Shown: piece by piece, positions 29,293-39,448 of the stretch
How the letters are laid out: each line of letters opens with the position of its first letter
How positions within the stretch are numbered: the first letter of the stretch is position 1
DNA from: Halorarum halobium
GTDB lineage: Archaea; Halobacteriota; Halobacteria; Halobacteriales; Haloferacaceae
Length of the DNA stretch: 64,000 bases
Assembly: GCF_032116555.1 (NCBI RefSeq)
Contig: NZ_CP134949.1
Span: forward strand, 682,001 to 746,000
Reading direction: 5' to 3'
Translations under genes and position numbers: made by a program
The notes under the pieces: generated by a model
What the model saw: the letters and a program-made list of their open reading frames with translations, nothing else
Told to the model about the DNA's origin: nothing
The model's database searches: none

Positions 29293-30291
29293 CTACGCCT
29301 CGATCTCGTATTCCTGCATGAGTTCTCGGACGGTTTCGCGTTCTCCTTCCCAGTACTCCTCGGCGTCAGGATCCTCGATCAGTTCGTTGGCACGGCTACG
29401 TACTGCGTTTTCTCCGAGGATGTCTGGATGGGGTATGCCTTCTCCGTATTCCAGGATTCCAGCTGCCTGCTCAAATCCTGTATCCAGCTGGTACTGCGGG
29501 ATGTCGTCTTCTGCGAGATGTGTTAGAGCGTAGGTTGCTGCGTTGTAGGTCTCGTACAGGGACGGATTCTCTGGGTCGTCGACTTCCTCCTGGACAGCAG
29601 TAATCAGGTCCGGTGTCGGGTTCTCCAGGTAACGATCTATCCCGGTGTCTTGCAGAACCAGCAGGGCTTCATCCTGGTTCATCAGGGTCCGGTCCTGTGC
29701 CTGTTCGAGCCTATTTTCGACTTCATCGATTCCCTCGATCGCAGAATCTACTGCGTGTATTGCCAGTCCTGGTTGGAACTCCTCCTCGTGAGTCTGTTCG
29801 TAGGTCTGATCAGCTACGAACGCCATCATACCGTTGCTGCAGACCTGCCGCATCGCCCCGTTCTCGTACTTGACGCCGTGGAAACCACTGTGACCGGACC
29901 GTACTCGGAGATCTGTTTCGATTACGTCGCCGGGCTGTGGCTCTACAGTCTGGTCGAGCCCAATCCGGGCGCTCATCTTGTGAACGGTCGGGGATAGGTT
30001 GACTCTGCCGCTGGGTTCGATATCTTCCTCCCTTTGTTCGATCCCGGTTCTGACGGCGTCGAGTATGTCGCCGTACTGGATTACGTTGTAGAAGTCTTCG
30101 TTGCTGGAGACGATGCCTGTTAGTCGGCCGTCGTCGGTCCAGAGACTGTCTCGGTAGGATGCTTCTTGCCATTCATCGAGGTCTTCGTGGTGTCCGAAGA
30201 CTTTCTGGCGTTCTACTTCGGGTATTTCGTCTTCTATGAGTTTTTCAAGTTCGTAGGAGTCGTCAAATCTGAGTGTGTCGCCTCTTGGAAT
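29293..30291 (-). CDS. DUF932-like protein, 332 aa (putative ATT start)
   Basis: GIVSS...YNVIQYGDIL, SGHSG...RQVCSNGM, SLYETYNAAT motifs; AGGTGA + 6 nt + ATT. Confidence 0.75.
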   Translation of the reverse strand: MPRGDTLRFDDSYELEKLIEDEIPEVERQKVFGHHEDLDEWQEASYRDSLWTDDGRLTGIVSSNEDFYNVIQYGDILDAVRTGIEQREEDIEPSGRVNLSPTVHKMSARIGLDQTVEPQPGDVIETDLRVRSGHSGFHGVKYENGAMRQVCSNGMMAFVADQTYEQTHEEEFQPGLAIHAVDSAIEGIDEVENRLEQAQDRTLMNQDEALLVLQDTGIDRYLENPTPDLITAVQEEVDDPENPSLYETYNAATYALTHLAEDDIPQYQLDTGFEQAAGILEYGEGIPHPDILGENAVRSRANELIEDPDAEEYWEGERETVRELMQEYEIEA

Positions 30292-30360
30292 AGAGATTCA
30301 CCTGCTAACTCCTGTTTTCTCTGTGTCATTTTTATAAGTAGGTTTTCCACAATGCGTGTT

Positions 30361-31482
30361 ATGGTCCACCGGAGGATACTGGATTTTCTAAGCGATCACA
30401 AGTACCTGTCCGCAGGAGGCGGATTTCTCATTGTTCTACTGGTTCTCGCCGGACTCTCTGTATTCTACACTCAAGGAAGCGTAGTCGGATCTACTCCTCT
30501 GGTATTCGATGAGTGCCCGGTCAACCAGGAATACGATATTTCTGGTTGCTCTGCTTCTACCACCAACTGGCTTGACGACTCCAAGATAAACGATCCTACG
30601 CAGGTGTTCTGGGTCAAAGTCGATGACGTGGACTACAAAGGCGAATTGATGACGCCGTACGTCCCTCTTCTCTACTACAATGGTTTCAGGACGGAGACTG
30701 AGGACAGGATAAGCGATATCGGGATTGATGAAGTCGACAGCTCTCCTGCAGTGCTCTCGGGTTTGAGGAAAGGCTCTACCTGTGAATTAACAGCTGACCT
30801 TGCCCCGAGTGATGGAGGGAATGTCAAGTACCGTAGTCCGTCCGGCGAAGTGACTTGGGCAGAATATCAGGAGGACTACGAGGACATGGATTCCGACGAT
30901 GTTCATACGAGCAAGATGATGAGCCGTGCCACTGTTTCAGCTGAAGCAATCAAAGTCACTGAAGGCGATGTCTTCTGCGCCTTCAACGCCAGTGAACTAA
31001 TCGAATCAGGGTTGAACGTGGACGGAGAGTTCCTCGAGTACGGCGGCGATCCACTGGACTGGCATCACGCCAGTATCGCCGTAGATTTCGAGGTCGACAA
31101 AGATGGAGACGGCGTAATCCAGGATCAATGTCCGAACACACCAGGATTGAAGTCGAAGAACGGTTGTCCGAACGAGGAAGTCGTCGTTGATTCTATTGAG
31201 GGTCCTCGAAACATTACAGTCGGAAAATCAGTCAACTACACTGTCAACTTGGTGAACCCGGATAACGACGACCTCAGTATATCTTGGAGCAACGGCGAAT
31301 CCGGGAGATATGCAATTTACCGGTTCAATTCTACCGGTGAGAGAACTGTCACGGTTTCGGTCAGCGACGGCTTCACATCTGTCTCTGAATCAGTCCAGGT
31401 CAACGTGAGGAAGAAGTCAATCATCGAGTCGATTCTCGGGTTCTTCGATGGTCTATGGAGCATCCTTCTCTACGGAGGTTGA
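30361..31482 (+). CDS. membrane-anchored surface protein with TSP3-like repeat and PKD/Ig-like domain
   Basis: N-terminal TM; DKDGDGVIQDQCPNTPG...NGCP; ISWSNG...VTVSVSDG; start probably ATG 30361. Confidence 0.7.
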   Translation: MVHRRILDFLSDHKYLSAGGGFLIVLLVLAGLSVFYTQGSVVGSTPLVFDECPVNQEYDISGCSASTTNWLDDSKINDPTQVFWVKVDDVDYKGELMTPYVPLLYYNGFRTETEDRISDIGIDEVDSSPAVLSGLRKGSTCELTADLAPSDGGNVKYRSPSGEVTWAEYQEDYEDMDSDDVHTSKMMSRATVSAEAIKVTEGDVFCAFNASELIESGLNVDGEFLEYGGDPLDWHHASIAVDFEVDKDGDGVIQDQCPNTPGLKSKNGCPNEEVVVDSIEGPRNITVGKSVNYTVNLVNPDNDDLSISWSNGESGRYAIYRFNSTGERTVTVSVSDGFTSVSESVQVNVRKKSIIESILGFFDGLWSILLYGG

Positions 31483-31489
31483 AGGAACA

Positions 31490-31612
31490 GTGATTGAGGT
31501 TTTCCAGCAGCACCAGGCTTTCTGGCTACTGGTTTTCTTTGTCCTGTTTCTCGTCACCGCGTTCTACGTCGTACAGGGATTGAAGAAGATAGGAGCGGCT
31601 CTGTTCGGTTAA
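31490..31612 (+). CDS. 40-aa single-pass membrane protein
   Basis: MIEVFQQHQAFWLLVFFVLFLVTAFYVVQGLKK...; GGAGG upstream. Confidence 0.55.
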   Translation: MIEVFQQHQAFWLLVFFVLFLVTAFYVVQGLKKIGAALFG

Positions 31613-33656
31613 ACCGGGCTGTAGACCTGGCTCTCATTCCCGTAACGCTCCACAGTCTCTTTCTGCAGAATGTTTGTCTCCAGTAGTTGGTCGAGGACGC
31701 GCTGGGTCTTACTGGATCCAAACGGTGCGTCATCTTCCCGGTAGCATTTCGACTTGGATGGTCTCTCGTCGTTTTCCTCTATGTACCGGCGGATGAACTC
31801 CAGTAACTGCTGCTCGTCACTGGACAAATCGCTGCCCTGGTCCTCTGTTTCTGGCTCGGAGTTTTCTTCGACTGTATCGACTTCTTTGAGATCTGGTGTG
31901 GAGGCGGTAAATCGGTCCTGTAACCGGTCGATCTGGTTCTGTGTCGGCGCGGTTGGCAGGGTGAATGCTTGACGGACTTCGACGCGGAGCTTCGGATAGT
32001 CTCGGGACTGGATGATTGCCTCGCCGGTAGCCAGGTCCTGGATCTCTCTTCCGTCGTCGAGGAACTTGGAGGCGTAGTCGAAGTACTCGCCGTGAAGGAA
32101 CACGGACACCGTGTTTTCCCGGACGTGCTTGTGGTTCCGGTTGAAGTCCATCGGGCTCTGGGAGACGATGACGACGTGGACTCCGAACTTCCGGGCTTCG
32201 CGTACCAGGTCTTGGATGGCGTCGGCGGCAGCTCCTTTTGTGAAATTGTGTGCCTCTTCCAGGAAGACGAACAAGGGGGTATCTCGTCGGTCGATCTTGG
32301 CGAGCTCGGTGAACACCTTGTTGACGAACTCTTGCTTCTCATCGTCGTCCAGGTCTTTCAGCGTGGCTGCGTTCACCCCGGAGAACAATTCGTGGATGTC
32401 GTCCGGCTTGTCGAGCAGCTGGTCGCCGCCGATCCAGTACTGGTCAGCTGCAAGTCCTACGCCTTCGTCGTGATCCGGGTTCGGCAGGGAAACACCGACT
32501 TCCTCAGTGTCTGATGGCGAGATCGAGAGGACGTCGTAACCGAGTGACGCGATATTTTCCAGGAGAACCCGCTTCAGGTAGCTCTTTCCAGAACCAGTTT
32601 CTCCGGTGATGTAGTAGTGCGGCAGCTCTGCCGGATCGAATCCGACGACCTGGTTAGTCCCGGTCAGGGTGCCGATCATCGGCCCTGTGTTCGGAACCTC
32701 TTCTGCGTACGCCACGGTCTCGGCTTTCAATCCTTGAAGCACGGAGCTGACCGCGCGTGCCGGAGTCGCCTTCGACCGTTCAACCGTGGACTCCCCGACC
32801 TCGACGTCCCGCAACGCAACCGCCATGTACTGCTCGGCAGAACTCCGGCGAAGATCCTTCAACGACTCCCCGAGGTCGTCGTCGACCTGATCCAATAGTT
32901 GCTCGAAGCCATCCGGGTTCAACAAGCCGGTATGCTCTAACCGGTTGAAGACTCGTGGCTCCTCGAGTTCCTCGACGTGCAACTTGAACTTCGGACCCTG
33001 CAGGACTTGCTTCACCTTCCTCCGATGCAGGTCGAAGACTTCGTCGACGTGCCTCTCCGCTGCCTCACCGACCCGGTCTTCCGGGATGACTTCGGGATCG
33101 GTGGAGAACTGGAACAGGTAGGCCAGTGAGACACCGTTAGCCCGCCACTGCTCCACGGCCTGTTTCTTCTCCTCCAGCGTCTCCAGGATCTGCTGAAGCC
33201 GGCTCTCGGCCTGCTGAAGCTCTCCTCGGACCTCGTCCTGTTCTGCTGCATCACCGCTTCCAAACTACTTACAGAGTTCCTGACCGCGACCGAGACCGAC
33301 TCCTGCCGGTCCCGAAGCTCCTGTGCCTGTCGCTGCAGACGTCCGGCCTCTGCCAGGAGTTCAGCTACTTCGTCGTGCTCGTCGAGGACTTGGACCGAGG
33401 TCGTGTCGCAGTAGTCGACGCTGAGGGAGAAGCTGGGGAACGTGTTGGCGAGGTACTTGTTGAGTTTGCCGAGGTTGCGGTCCCACATCTCCTGGCCTTC
33501 CTCGTCCTGCTTCACCAAGCGGTACGTCTTCGATGCCCGGACCAGGAACCGGTCCTCTACCAGGTGCGTGACCTCTACCGTGGCCTGGTTGTCCGTATCC
33601 CAGAAAAACTCGGTGCAGGGTTCGACCTCTGTACTGCCGATTTTAACAAGTTCCAT
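31609..33656 (-). CDS. HerA/VirB4-like ATPase with N-terminal coiled coil and C-terminal wHTH; one frameshift at about 33263
   Basis: HYYITGETGSGKS, VFLEEAH, REARKFG, SQ. ORFs 33012-33656 and 31609-33156 join if one T is restored (AGT AGT TT[T] GGA AGC...), giving a continuous coiled coil. Confidence 0.7.
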
Positions 33657-33662
33657 GGCTTT

Positions 33663-34055
33663 TCACAGGTCGTCTCTCTGGAACCGGCGGGGACTGTATG
33701 GACAGCCATCCCGAGGAACGCCACCAGGCTTCCACGTCCTCTTCCCGCTACTCCACTCCTTGATGCCTTTAATCGGACCGCTGCACACCGGTTTCTGCTT
33801 GCCGTCCTCCGGGTCAGGCCGCTTGAACAGGACACACGCATAGTGGACGACCTGGTCGCCCAGCATAGCGTGTTTCGAGCACGGGCACTTGATCGCCGCC
33901 CGGTCCTCATCGAGAAGGAACTGGCCTTCCTTGATGGCTTTCTTTGCCACGTCCTTCTTCGACATGTCCGAAACGTCTACTTCGTTGACGTCGCTGTCCG
34001 TGTCATCGTCGCTGATCAGGTCTTCGAGGTCGATGTCGATTTCTTCAAGTCCCAT
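33663..34055 (-). CDS. hypothetical Cys-containing protein
   Basis: 130 aa, in operon. Confidence 0.65.
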   Translation of the reverse strand: MGLEEIDIDLEDLISDDDTDSDVNEVDVSDMSKKDVAKKAIKEGQFLLDEDRAAIKCPCSKHAMLGDQVVHYACVLFKRPDPEDGKQKPVCSGPIKGIKEWSSGKRTWKPGGVPRDGCPYSPRRFQRDDL

Positions 34056-34064
34056 AGTTCCGAG

Positions 34065-34853
34065 TCACTCCTTGAGTTGGTCGTCAATCTCGTTCTCTGT
34101 CTCTTCCAACCAGTCAGGGCCGCTGACCGAGCCGCTGCTGTCGCTGAAGGTGCTGCCTTCATCCAGCAAGCCCTCGCCGCCGAAGAACCCGTCCTGGTCG
34201 TTGTCTTCGTCGCTGTCGTCACTGCTTTGCAGCGTATCCAGCAGCTGGATTACTACCTTCCAGTCCTGCCGGATCTGGTCGCGTTGCTGCTTCGCCTCCT
34301 GGAGCTGCAGCTTCTTCTCCTGCTTCTCCTCCTTCAACTCGTACTCCAGTTCATCCATTTCCTCGCTGTGCCGGAGCTCCCGCTTCTCGATCCCCCGATC
34401 GAACTCCACGTCTTCATCGACGTCGACGAGGCAGTCCCCGCAGTACGTGCCGTCCTTCAATCCGTGGCCGGTCGTACAACTGGGGCAGAGCAGCGTGCCG
34501 CAGGCATCACACCGTGACTGGCAGCGGTGACACGTCTCCGTTCCGCAGACGGAGCACGTTCCTGAGAGCTGGTTGGGTTCGTCAGCTTCAGCAAGTACGT
34601 GCTGGCATGACGGGCATTCCGGGCGTTTCTGGACTGTGACGGAGAACTGGCTGCCGTCTTCCAGGACGAAGTTGTGCGTCTCGTCTTTTACGAAGCCGTC
34701 GCCGGGTTTGAACGGTTTGACGACGGTCGCTTCCTTCGTCTCCATGTCGAGACGGGAGCCGTCGCTGGCTTCCAGGTCTGGTTCGACTGGCTCCAGATCT
34801 ATGTCGAGGTCGACGCCGAACTCGTCGGCCAGGTCTTCGAGGTTCGAGCTCAC
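34065..34853 (-). CDS. multi-CxxC zinc-finger + coiled-coil protein
   Basis: Six CxxC pairs followed by a charged helix and acidic tail. Confidence 0.75.
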   Translation of the reverse strand: MSSNLEDLADEFGVDLDIDLEPVEPDLEASDGSRLDMETKEATVVKPFKPGDGFVKDETHNFVLEDGSQFSVTVQKRPECPSCQHVLAEADEPNQLSGTCSVCGTETCHRCQSRCDACGTLLCPSCTTGHGLKDGTYCGDCLVDVDEDVEFDRGIEKRELRHSEEMDELEYELKEEKQEKKLQLQEAKQQRDQIRQDWKVVIQLLDTLQSSDDSDEDNDQDGFFGGEGLLDEGSTFSDSSGSVSGPDWLEETENEIDDQLKE

Positions 34854-35581
34854 AGAGCATCACCTCCTGCGCTTCCGCCGATGCCGCCGTCACCGGCACC
34901 GCCGCTGCTTCCTCCGCTGCCAGACCCGCCGGAGCCTCCTGCATCTCCACCGGAGCTGCCGCCGTCCATGCCGTAGCCGGAGGGACCGGTAGGTCCGAGA
35001 TCACCGGCATCTGCCGTAGAGACGTCACCGCTGTACGCTGCGGCGTCGGAAGCTGCTTCAGCCGCAGAACTACCTGAAGCACCGTTACCGTCTCCACTGT
35101 CGCCGGCAGGAGAGACGTTCCCGTCAGCGTCGGCCTCTAAGCCGTGGGCTTCCACAGCGTCACTCATTTTCGCCCAGCCAGGGTTCTGCTCCGCAATCTT
35201 GGCAACGGCCTCAGTCTCTCCGCTGGCGTCGACCAGACCCGGGTCGTTGAGGACGTCGGAGAAGATGTAGGGATTGTCTGAGGACCTGTTTGCGATCTTC
35301 TCCGGTGACTGGCCTTTGTACGAGGACTGTCGGGCAAGCTTCGACACGTCGTCCCCACGCGCCAATTTTCTCTTCCGGTGACTGAACTTCCGCTCCTCTT
35401 TCTCCTCTTCCGGCAACCCGTCGAAGTCGACGAGTTCGGGTCCGTCGCCGGTCAGCAGGAGGTATCGTTCTCCGACCGCTCGGACTAGGTTCTTCCCGGC
35501 GTCCATCAGCTGCCGCAGAGCGTCGATGACGCCGTCGACCTCCAGGTCGTCACGGGTTTCAGGGTGTTCTGGGTTCACCAT
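34850..35581 (-). CDS. hypothetical protein with Gly/Ser-rich C-terminal tail
   Basis: Low-complexity GGSSGGDAGG... tail. Confidence 0.7.
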   Translation of the reverse strand: MVNPEHPETRDDLEVDGVIDALRQLMDAGKNLVRAVGERYLLLTGDGPELVDFDGLPEEEKEERKFSHRKRKLARGDDVSKLARQSSYKGQSPEKIANRSSDNPYIFSDVLNDPGLVDASGETEAVAKIAEQNPGWAKMSDAVEAHGLEADADGNVSPAGDSGDGNGASGSSAAEAASDAAAYSGDVSTADAGDLGPTGPSGYGMDGGSSGGDAGGSGGSGSGGSSGGAGDGGIGGSAGGDAL

Positions 35582-35585
35582 GGTT

Positions 35586-36398
35586 TCACATACTTTCGGC
35601 TATCGCGTCAGCAACCTCATCCAGCTGGTCGAAGAACCCCTTCTTCCGCCTACGGCTCGAAGATGACTTTGAACTCGCCGTCTTCTTTTTCTGGACGGAG
35701 AAGCCCTGGCTATGGCTGGTCTTGGAATCCACCATCCACTTTTCCATGATGTTGTGCCAGCTCCAGCCGCTGCTGGTCTCCTTGATGTAGTCACCGGTCA
35801 AACTGGAGCGATCCCCGACGTAACTGCTCCACTCTGCATCCGCGATAAGGTACGGATCTCCGTTGATCCGTGTCCATGCCATCTTGCCAGGTCGCCAGCC
35901 AAACAATTCGTCGTATGCTTCCCGGAGCCGGTCTGTTCCTGTGTCAGTGTCTTCGGGGATCCGGACCTGGGGGAGCAGATGGCAATTCTTGTCGCCCATG
36001 TGTTCAACGAGGATGATCCTGACGTCGAACCCAGCTGCTACGAACAGGTTGGAGAGGAGAACGGTCTGATCTTCACAGTCGCCGCTTAGACGGTCCAGCA
36101 TCTCCGACGCCAGAGGCACCGAACTCCCGCTTCTGTGGTAGTCGACTTCGTCGGCTACGAGCTTGTGTAGGACAGCGACGTATTTCGTCCAGTTTGGCTG
36201 GGTGGTGGAGAAGCGGTTGTCGATGTCCTCGGTGATGTACTGGTATTCGCCTTTCCTGATTTTCCGGGTATAGTCCTTCATCGTGCTGGGTTCGTTGGTT
36301 TCGCGGTTGGTTCGCCTGTGGCTGGACGGTCTGTTGTTGTCGACGTTGTCGAGCAGTTGCGTCAATTTTCTTCGGTCGTTGGGCACGGGTTGATCCAC
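35586..36398 (-). CDS. transglutaminase-like cysteine protease domain protein
   Basis: GDCEDQ...CHLLPQV...LIAD gives a C-H-D triad. Confidence 0.75.
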   Translation of the reverse strand: MDQPVPNDRRKLTQLLDNVDNNRPSSHRRTNRETNEPSTMKDYTRKIRKGEYQYITEDIDNRFSTTQPNWTKYVAVLHKLVADEVDYHRSGSSVPLASEMLDRLSGDCEDQTVLLSNLFVAAGFDVRIILVEHMGDKNCHLLPQVRIPEDTDTGTDRLREAYDELFGWRPGKMAWTRINGDPYLIADAEWSSYVGDRSSLTGDYIKETSSGWSWHNIMEKWMVDSKTSHSQGFSVQKKKTASSKSSSSRRRKKGFFDQLDEVADAIAESM

Positions 36399-36563
36399 CT
36401 CTCGGATTGTCGGTTGCTACGTGGCTTCGTCGGTTAACTTTTTGGTTAACTGTACCTATAGGTTAATGGAGCAGTGTCTATCTGTCTTGTAGCGAAACTT
36501 TATCGCCGAGACGGTGATAATCGCTGTCAGGAGCCAGCTAAGGAATAAAGACAGATTTCCTAT

Positions 36564-37544
36564 ATGAAACAGAAACGAGTCTCTCCAACCCGTGTAGAAG
36601 TCCGGGAACCTGAGAAACGATCCGGCGGTGAATACTACCCCTTGCCACTGCCTGATGAAATCGAGTTACTGGAAATCGACCAAGGGGACACGGTTGTACT
36701 GGAACTGGTCGAAGAAGAGGTCCAGGGCAAATCCATCCGGTACATCCAAGGACACAGTGGGGAGGCTCCTCGGAACCAAATGACTGTTAGACGGCAGTCT
36801 GGATGTTCTCCGGAGCTGTTCATACAGTGTCCTGCCGCTTTCTCCGGTGAACACGGGTCACCGCCGTTCAACGAACTAGGGAAAGGTGATCGGCTTGTTG
36901 TCGAGGTCCTTGTCGATGAGGGAGAGTTCCGGATTTACGGCTACGACGATTACCGATATCGGTTCCAACAGCTTTCAGAGGATGATGGTCCGCCACCGGA
37001 GCTGCCGCTGGCAATTCCTTTGATCGCCTCTAACAACGACGGATACACGGATTTGTCCGGTGAGAAAGAGGGCCAGGAGTTCGAGATCGTGCCTTTCCAC
37101 GGCCAAGATGAGGTTTTTGTGGAGCTTGGGGAGGAGATGGGTAAACAGGATTTGATGCGCGGCAATCGGTTTCGCGGTATCCCTAATCTGCTTCGGGCAG
37201 CTGGAGAACGGACGGGAATACCTGAAAGATCTGTCGACAAGATCGAGATATACTGGGACTCAGAAGACGTTTCGATGAATCCTGACGGCGAGAAAATCTA
37301 CGAGGAACATGACACAGATTCTGCGAAAGTGGTGCTTCCGGAGCAGGGTTCGTATTTGATTATAGTTGAAGCCGGTGAGGACTCAGGGAGTCATTGGCTT
37401 GCAGCGGACCCAAATATTGCGCTGACTGATCCAATCAGAGACAAATGGAGTGCTTTCCTGTTCGAGGACTCGGAAGAGTTGCAGGCTCCGAAGATCTACA
37501 TCCCAGTTCCGAGAACGGGTAAAGGTCACTGGGATACTTACTGA
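36564..37544 (+). CDS. protein with AbrB/SpoVT-like N-terminal repeats
   Basis: YPLPLP...LEIDQGDTVVLE and ELGKGDRLVVE swapped-hairpin patterns. Confidence 0.5.
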   Translation: MKQKRVSPTRVEVREPEKRSGGEYYPLPLPDEIELLEIDQGDTVVLELVEEEVQGKSIRYIQGHSGEAPRNQMTVRRQSGCSPELFIQCPAAFSGEHGSPPFNELGKGDRLVVEVLVDEGEFRIYGYDDYRYRFQQLSEDDGPPPELPLAIPLIASNNDGYTDLSGEKEGQEFEIVPFHGQDEVFVELGEEMGKQDLMRGNRFRGIPNLLRAAGERTGIPERSVDKIEIYWDSEDVSMNPDGEKIYEEHDTDSAKVVLPEQGSYLIIVEAGEDSGSHWLAADPNIALTDPIRDKWSAFLFEDSEELQAPKIYIPVPRTGKGHWDTY

Positions 37545-37699
37545 ATTAGTCTTCCCCAGTGGAAATCAGAGGGTGTTCTATCTCTGGTTCACCTGGGCAG
37601 AACACCCCGTGGTTCACCCCTGTATCAGTCCGGGCAGCATACCGTGCGTGAATCACGGGACGGCGGCAGGTTTCAGGTTAGAGCACCCCCACGGGAAAA

Positions 37700-37795
37700 T
37701 TGGGTCAGGCAGGGGAGAAAAGGTAGGTCGTAACTGAGAGAAAAGAGCAGCTGAGTTGAAGAAAAAAGAGAGGGAAAATGTGGGCGCGGAGAAAG
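37700..37795 (-). terminator. pyrimidine/oligo-T tract downstream of the amidotransferase gene
   Basis: Minus strand reads CATTTTCCCTCTCTTTTTTCTT...CTTTTCTCTC...CCTTTTCTCCCC. Confidence 0.5.
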
Positions 37796-38629
37796 TCAGC
37801 GGTGCGGCTGACGATACATCTCTAATTTCCGCTGGTACTCATCCCAGTCGCTTTCCTGAATCAATTCCTCGTCCTCATCCTCGTACTCCACATCTTCCTC
37901 GTAGCTTCCCCATCCGAAACTGGAGTAGACTGAGTCGCTTCGGTCGGTGACTATCTGAGGTTCCATGTGGAACTGGTCGGCTTTCTTGATTTTCTGGTCG
38001 ATCTGGTAGACGGTTTCTTCCTCGGGTTCGCTGTATCTGAGGTTCTCCCATCCAAATGCTGAGTCCAGGCGGTGTCCTACAGTTGCTCCCGCGAGTTCTC
38101 CTGTGTCTTTGATCCGGGCAAATTGGAATCTGCTGCCATCTCTGAAGTAGTAGAGGTCGCCTTTGTAGTCGTATAGGAAGACTGAGACGCTGCCAGAGGT
38201 GTTCTTCAAGGAGTTTTGAACCGCGTTCACTGTATCGCGGTCTTTCCGTTTGTAGATGTCTCTCAGGAGTTGGTAGCTGTCGGCTCTCCCATCCTTGAAG
38301 TGGTTTTCCGGTGTGACTGAGCCGTTATGGACGAGAACGTTCTCCCGGTGCTTGAACGGGTGACTGTTCTTGAAGCAGACCGCGCCTTGAGTCGCTAAAC
38401 GAAGGTGTAGGACGATAAAACGGCTGTCCTTGTATCTCTCCACGATTTCTTCGATGTCCTCGAAGCCGAGTTGTTCTTCGCTCTTGTAGACTTCTCTGTC
38501 TTCATTGAATACTCCGAATCCGTCGCTGTTTCTCGGCGCGGCTTCATGGACGGCGACGTGGAGCAGTCGGATTAGGTTGGAGGTTTTGATTGTTCCTGTG
38601 GGGTTGTGTAGGAAGAAGATTTCACACAT
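37796..38629 (-). CDS. class II (Ntn) glutamine amidotransferase
   Basis: N-terminal MC, NSDGFG, HLRLATQG, NSHPF, HNG, DS motifs. Confidence 0.9.
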   Translation of the reverse strand: MCEIFFLHNPTGTIKTSNLIRLLHVAVHEAAPRNSDGFGVFNEDREVYKSEEQLGFEDIEEIVERYKDSRFIVLHLRLATQGAVCFKNSHPFKHRENVLVHNGSVTPENHFKDGRADSYQLLRDIYKRKDRDTVNAVQNSLKNTSGSVSVFLYDYKGDLYYFRDGSRFQFARIKDTGELAGATVGHRLDSAFGWENLRYSEPEEETVYQIDQKIKKADQFHMEPQIVTDRSDSVYSSFGWGSYEEDVEYEDEDEELIQESDWDEYQRKLEMYRQPHR

Positions 38630-39365
38630 TGTAGTTCACCTGTTCTTGAATTGTAGAGTTGTAGCTGGTTTCTGAGCTGTTTTGAATTGATTCTGCTGTA
38701 AGTTCGGCTTCTAAAGTGTCGTTGTAGAGTCCTTGACGTAGGTATGAGTTGATCGATGTCGTCACTATATTGACCGCGTTCATCACGTCTTCTGCTGACT
38801 GCATGGCGGGGAATAGCCGGAACTCGATGGTGTCGTATTTCCCTTTCATAAACGTGATTCTCCGGTATTTCTGCCTCCGGCTCTTTAGCTGACTGTCTAT
38901 CATCCAGCTATTCTCTAACGGGCGGCAGTAGTACCCGTAAGTGGAATCCGGGTCAAATGGATGGAGGTCTTCGTTTCTCACCCGTTTTCTGAGTCGTGGA
39001 CAGGTGTCCCAGAGGTCTGAGTCCTTGAGGCGGTCGATAAACCAGTTATGGAACTTGAGGGATGCGAGTCGGTAGTAATCTCGGTCGTTGTTCAATGAGA
39101 CGTGGATATGCAGTCCCATTGAGGCGTTTATCTCCGAGATTATCTCGTATAACTGGTTTAGAGAGCCTTCGAGCCTGTTTTGCCCGTCTGGGTAACTGAG
39201 CGGTTCGGAGACGTATTCGATGCGTTTTGCGTGGGGTTTTTCGGTTCTTAGAGAGCCGTCGTGTACGGAGTTGAAGTAGGGTATTGCCCGTTCTGTCGGG
39301 GTTGTGCGGTCGTCAATGCCGCACTCTACTTCTACTCCTATTTGGTCTATCCATAGTCCTGAAAT
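38622..39365 (-). CDS. putative amidoligase (COOH-NH2 ligase, Amidoligase_2-like), 247 aa, putative ATT start
   Basis: IGVEVE, HDGSL, IEYVSEP (all upstream of the first ATG), GLHIHVS, KY, TIEFR; AGGTGA + 6 nt + ATT. Confidence 0.8.
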   Translation of the reverse strand: MSGLWIDQIGVEVECGIDDRTTPTERAIPYFNSVHDGSLRTEKPHAKRIEYVSEPLSYPDGQNRLEGSLNQLYEIISEINASMGLHIHVSLNNDRDYYRLASLKFHNWFIDRLKDSDLWDTCPRLRKRVRNEDLHPFDPDSTYGYYCRPLENSWMIDSQLKSRRQKYRRITFMKGKYDTIEFRLFPAMQSAEDVMNAVNIVTTSINSYLRQGLYNDTLEAELTAESIQNSSETSYNSTIQEQVNYNV

Positions 39366-39448
39366 CGTTTGTCACCTATACCAACACTGTGATGTTATCT
39401 TTAAAAAAGTATAATCATAGTGACTATTTGAGGTGAAACAACCGTACA

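Noticed and set aside
30234..30329. ATG 30329 plus frameshift as start of the DUF932-like gene
   Set aside because: The ATG sits immediately against the TTATAAAA box, so it would lie upstream of the expected transcription start; SD+6 nt+ATT lies just downstream of it.
34850..35110. DNA tandem repeat in the GCC/CCG-rich stretch
   Set aside because: Explained by Gly/Ser/Ala low-complexity coding sequence.
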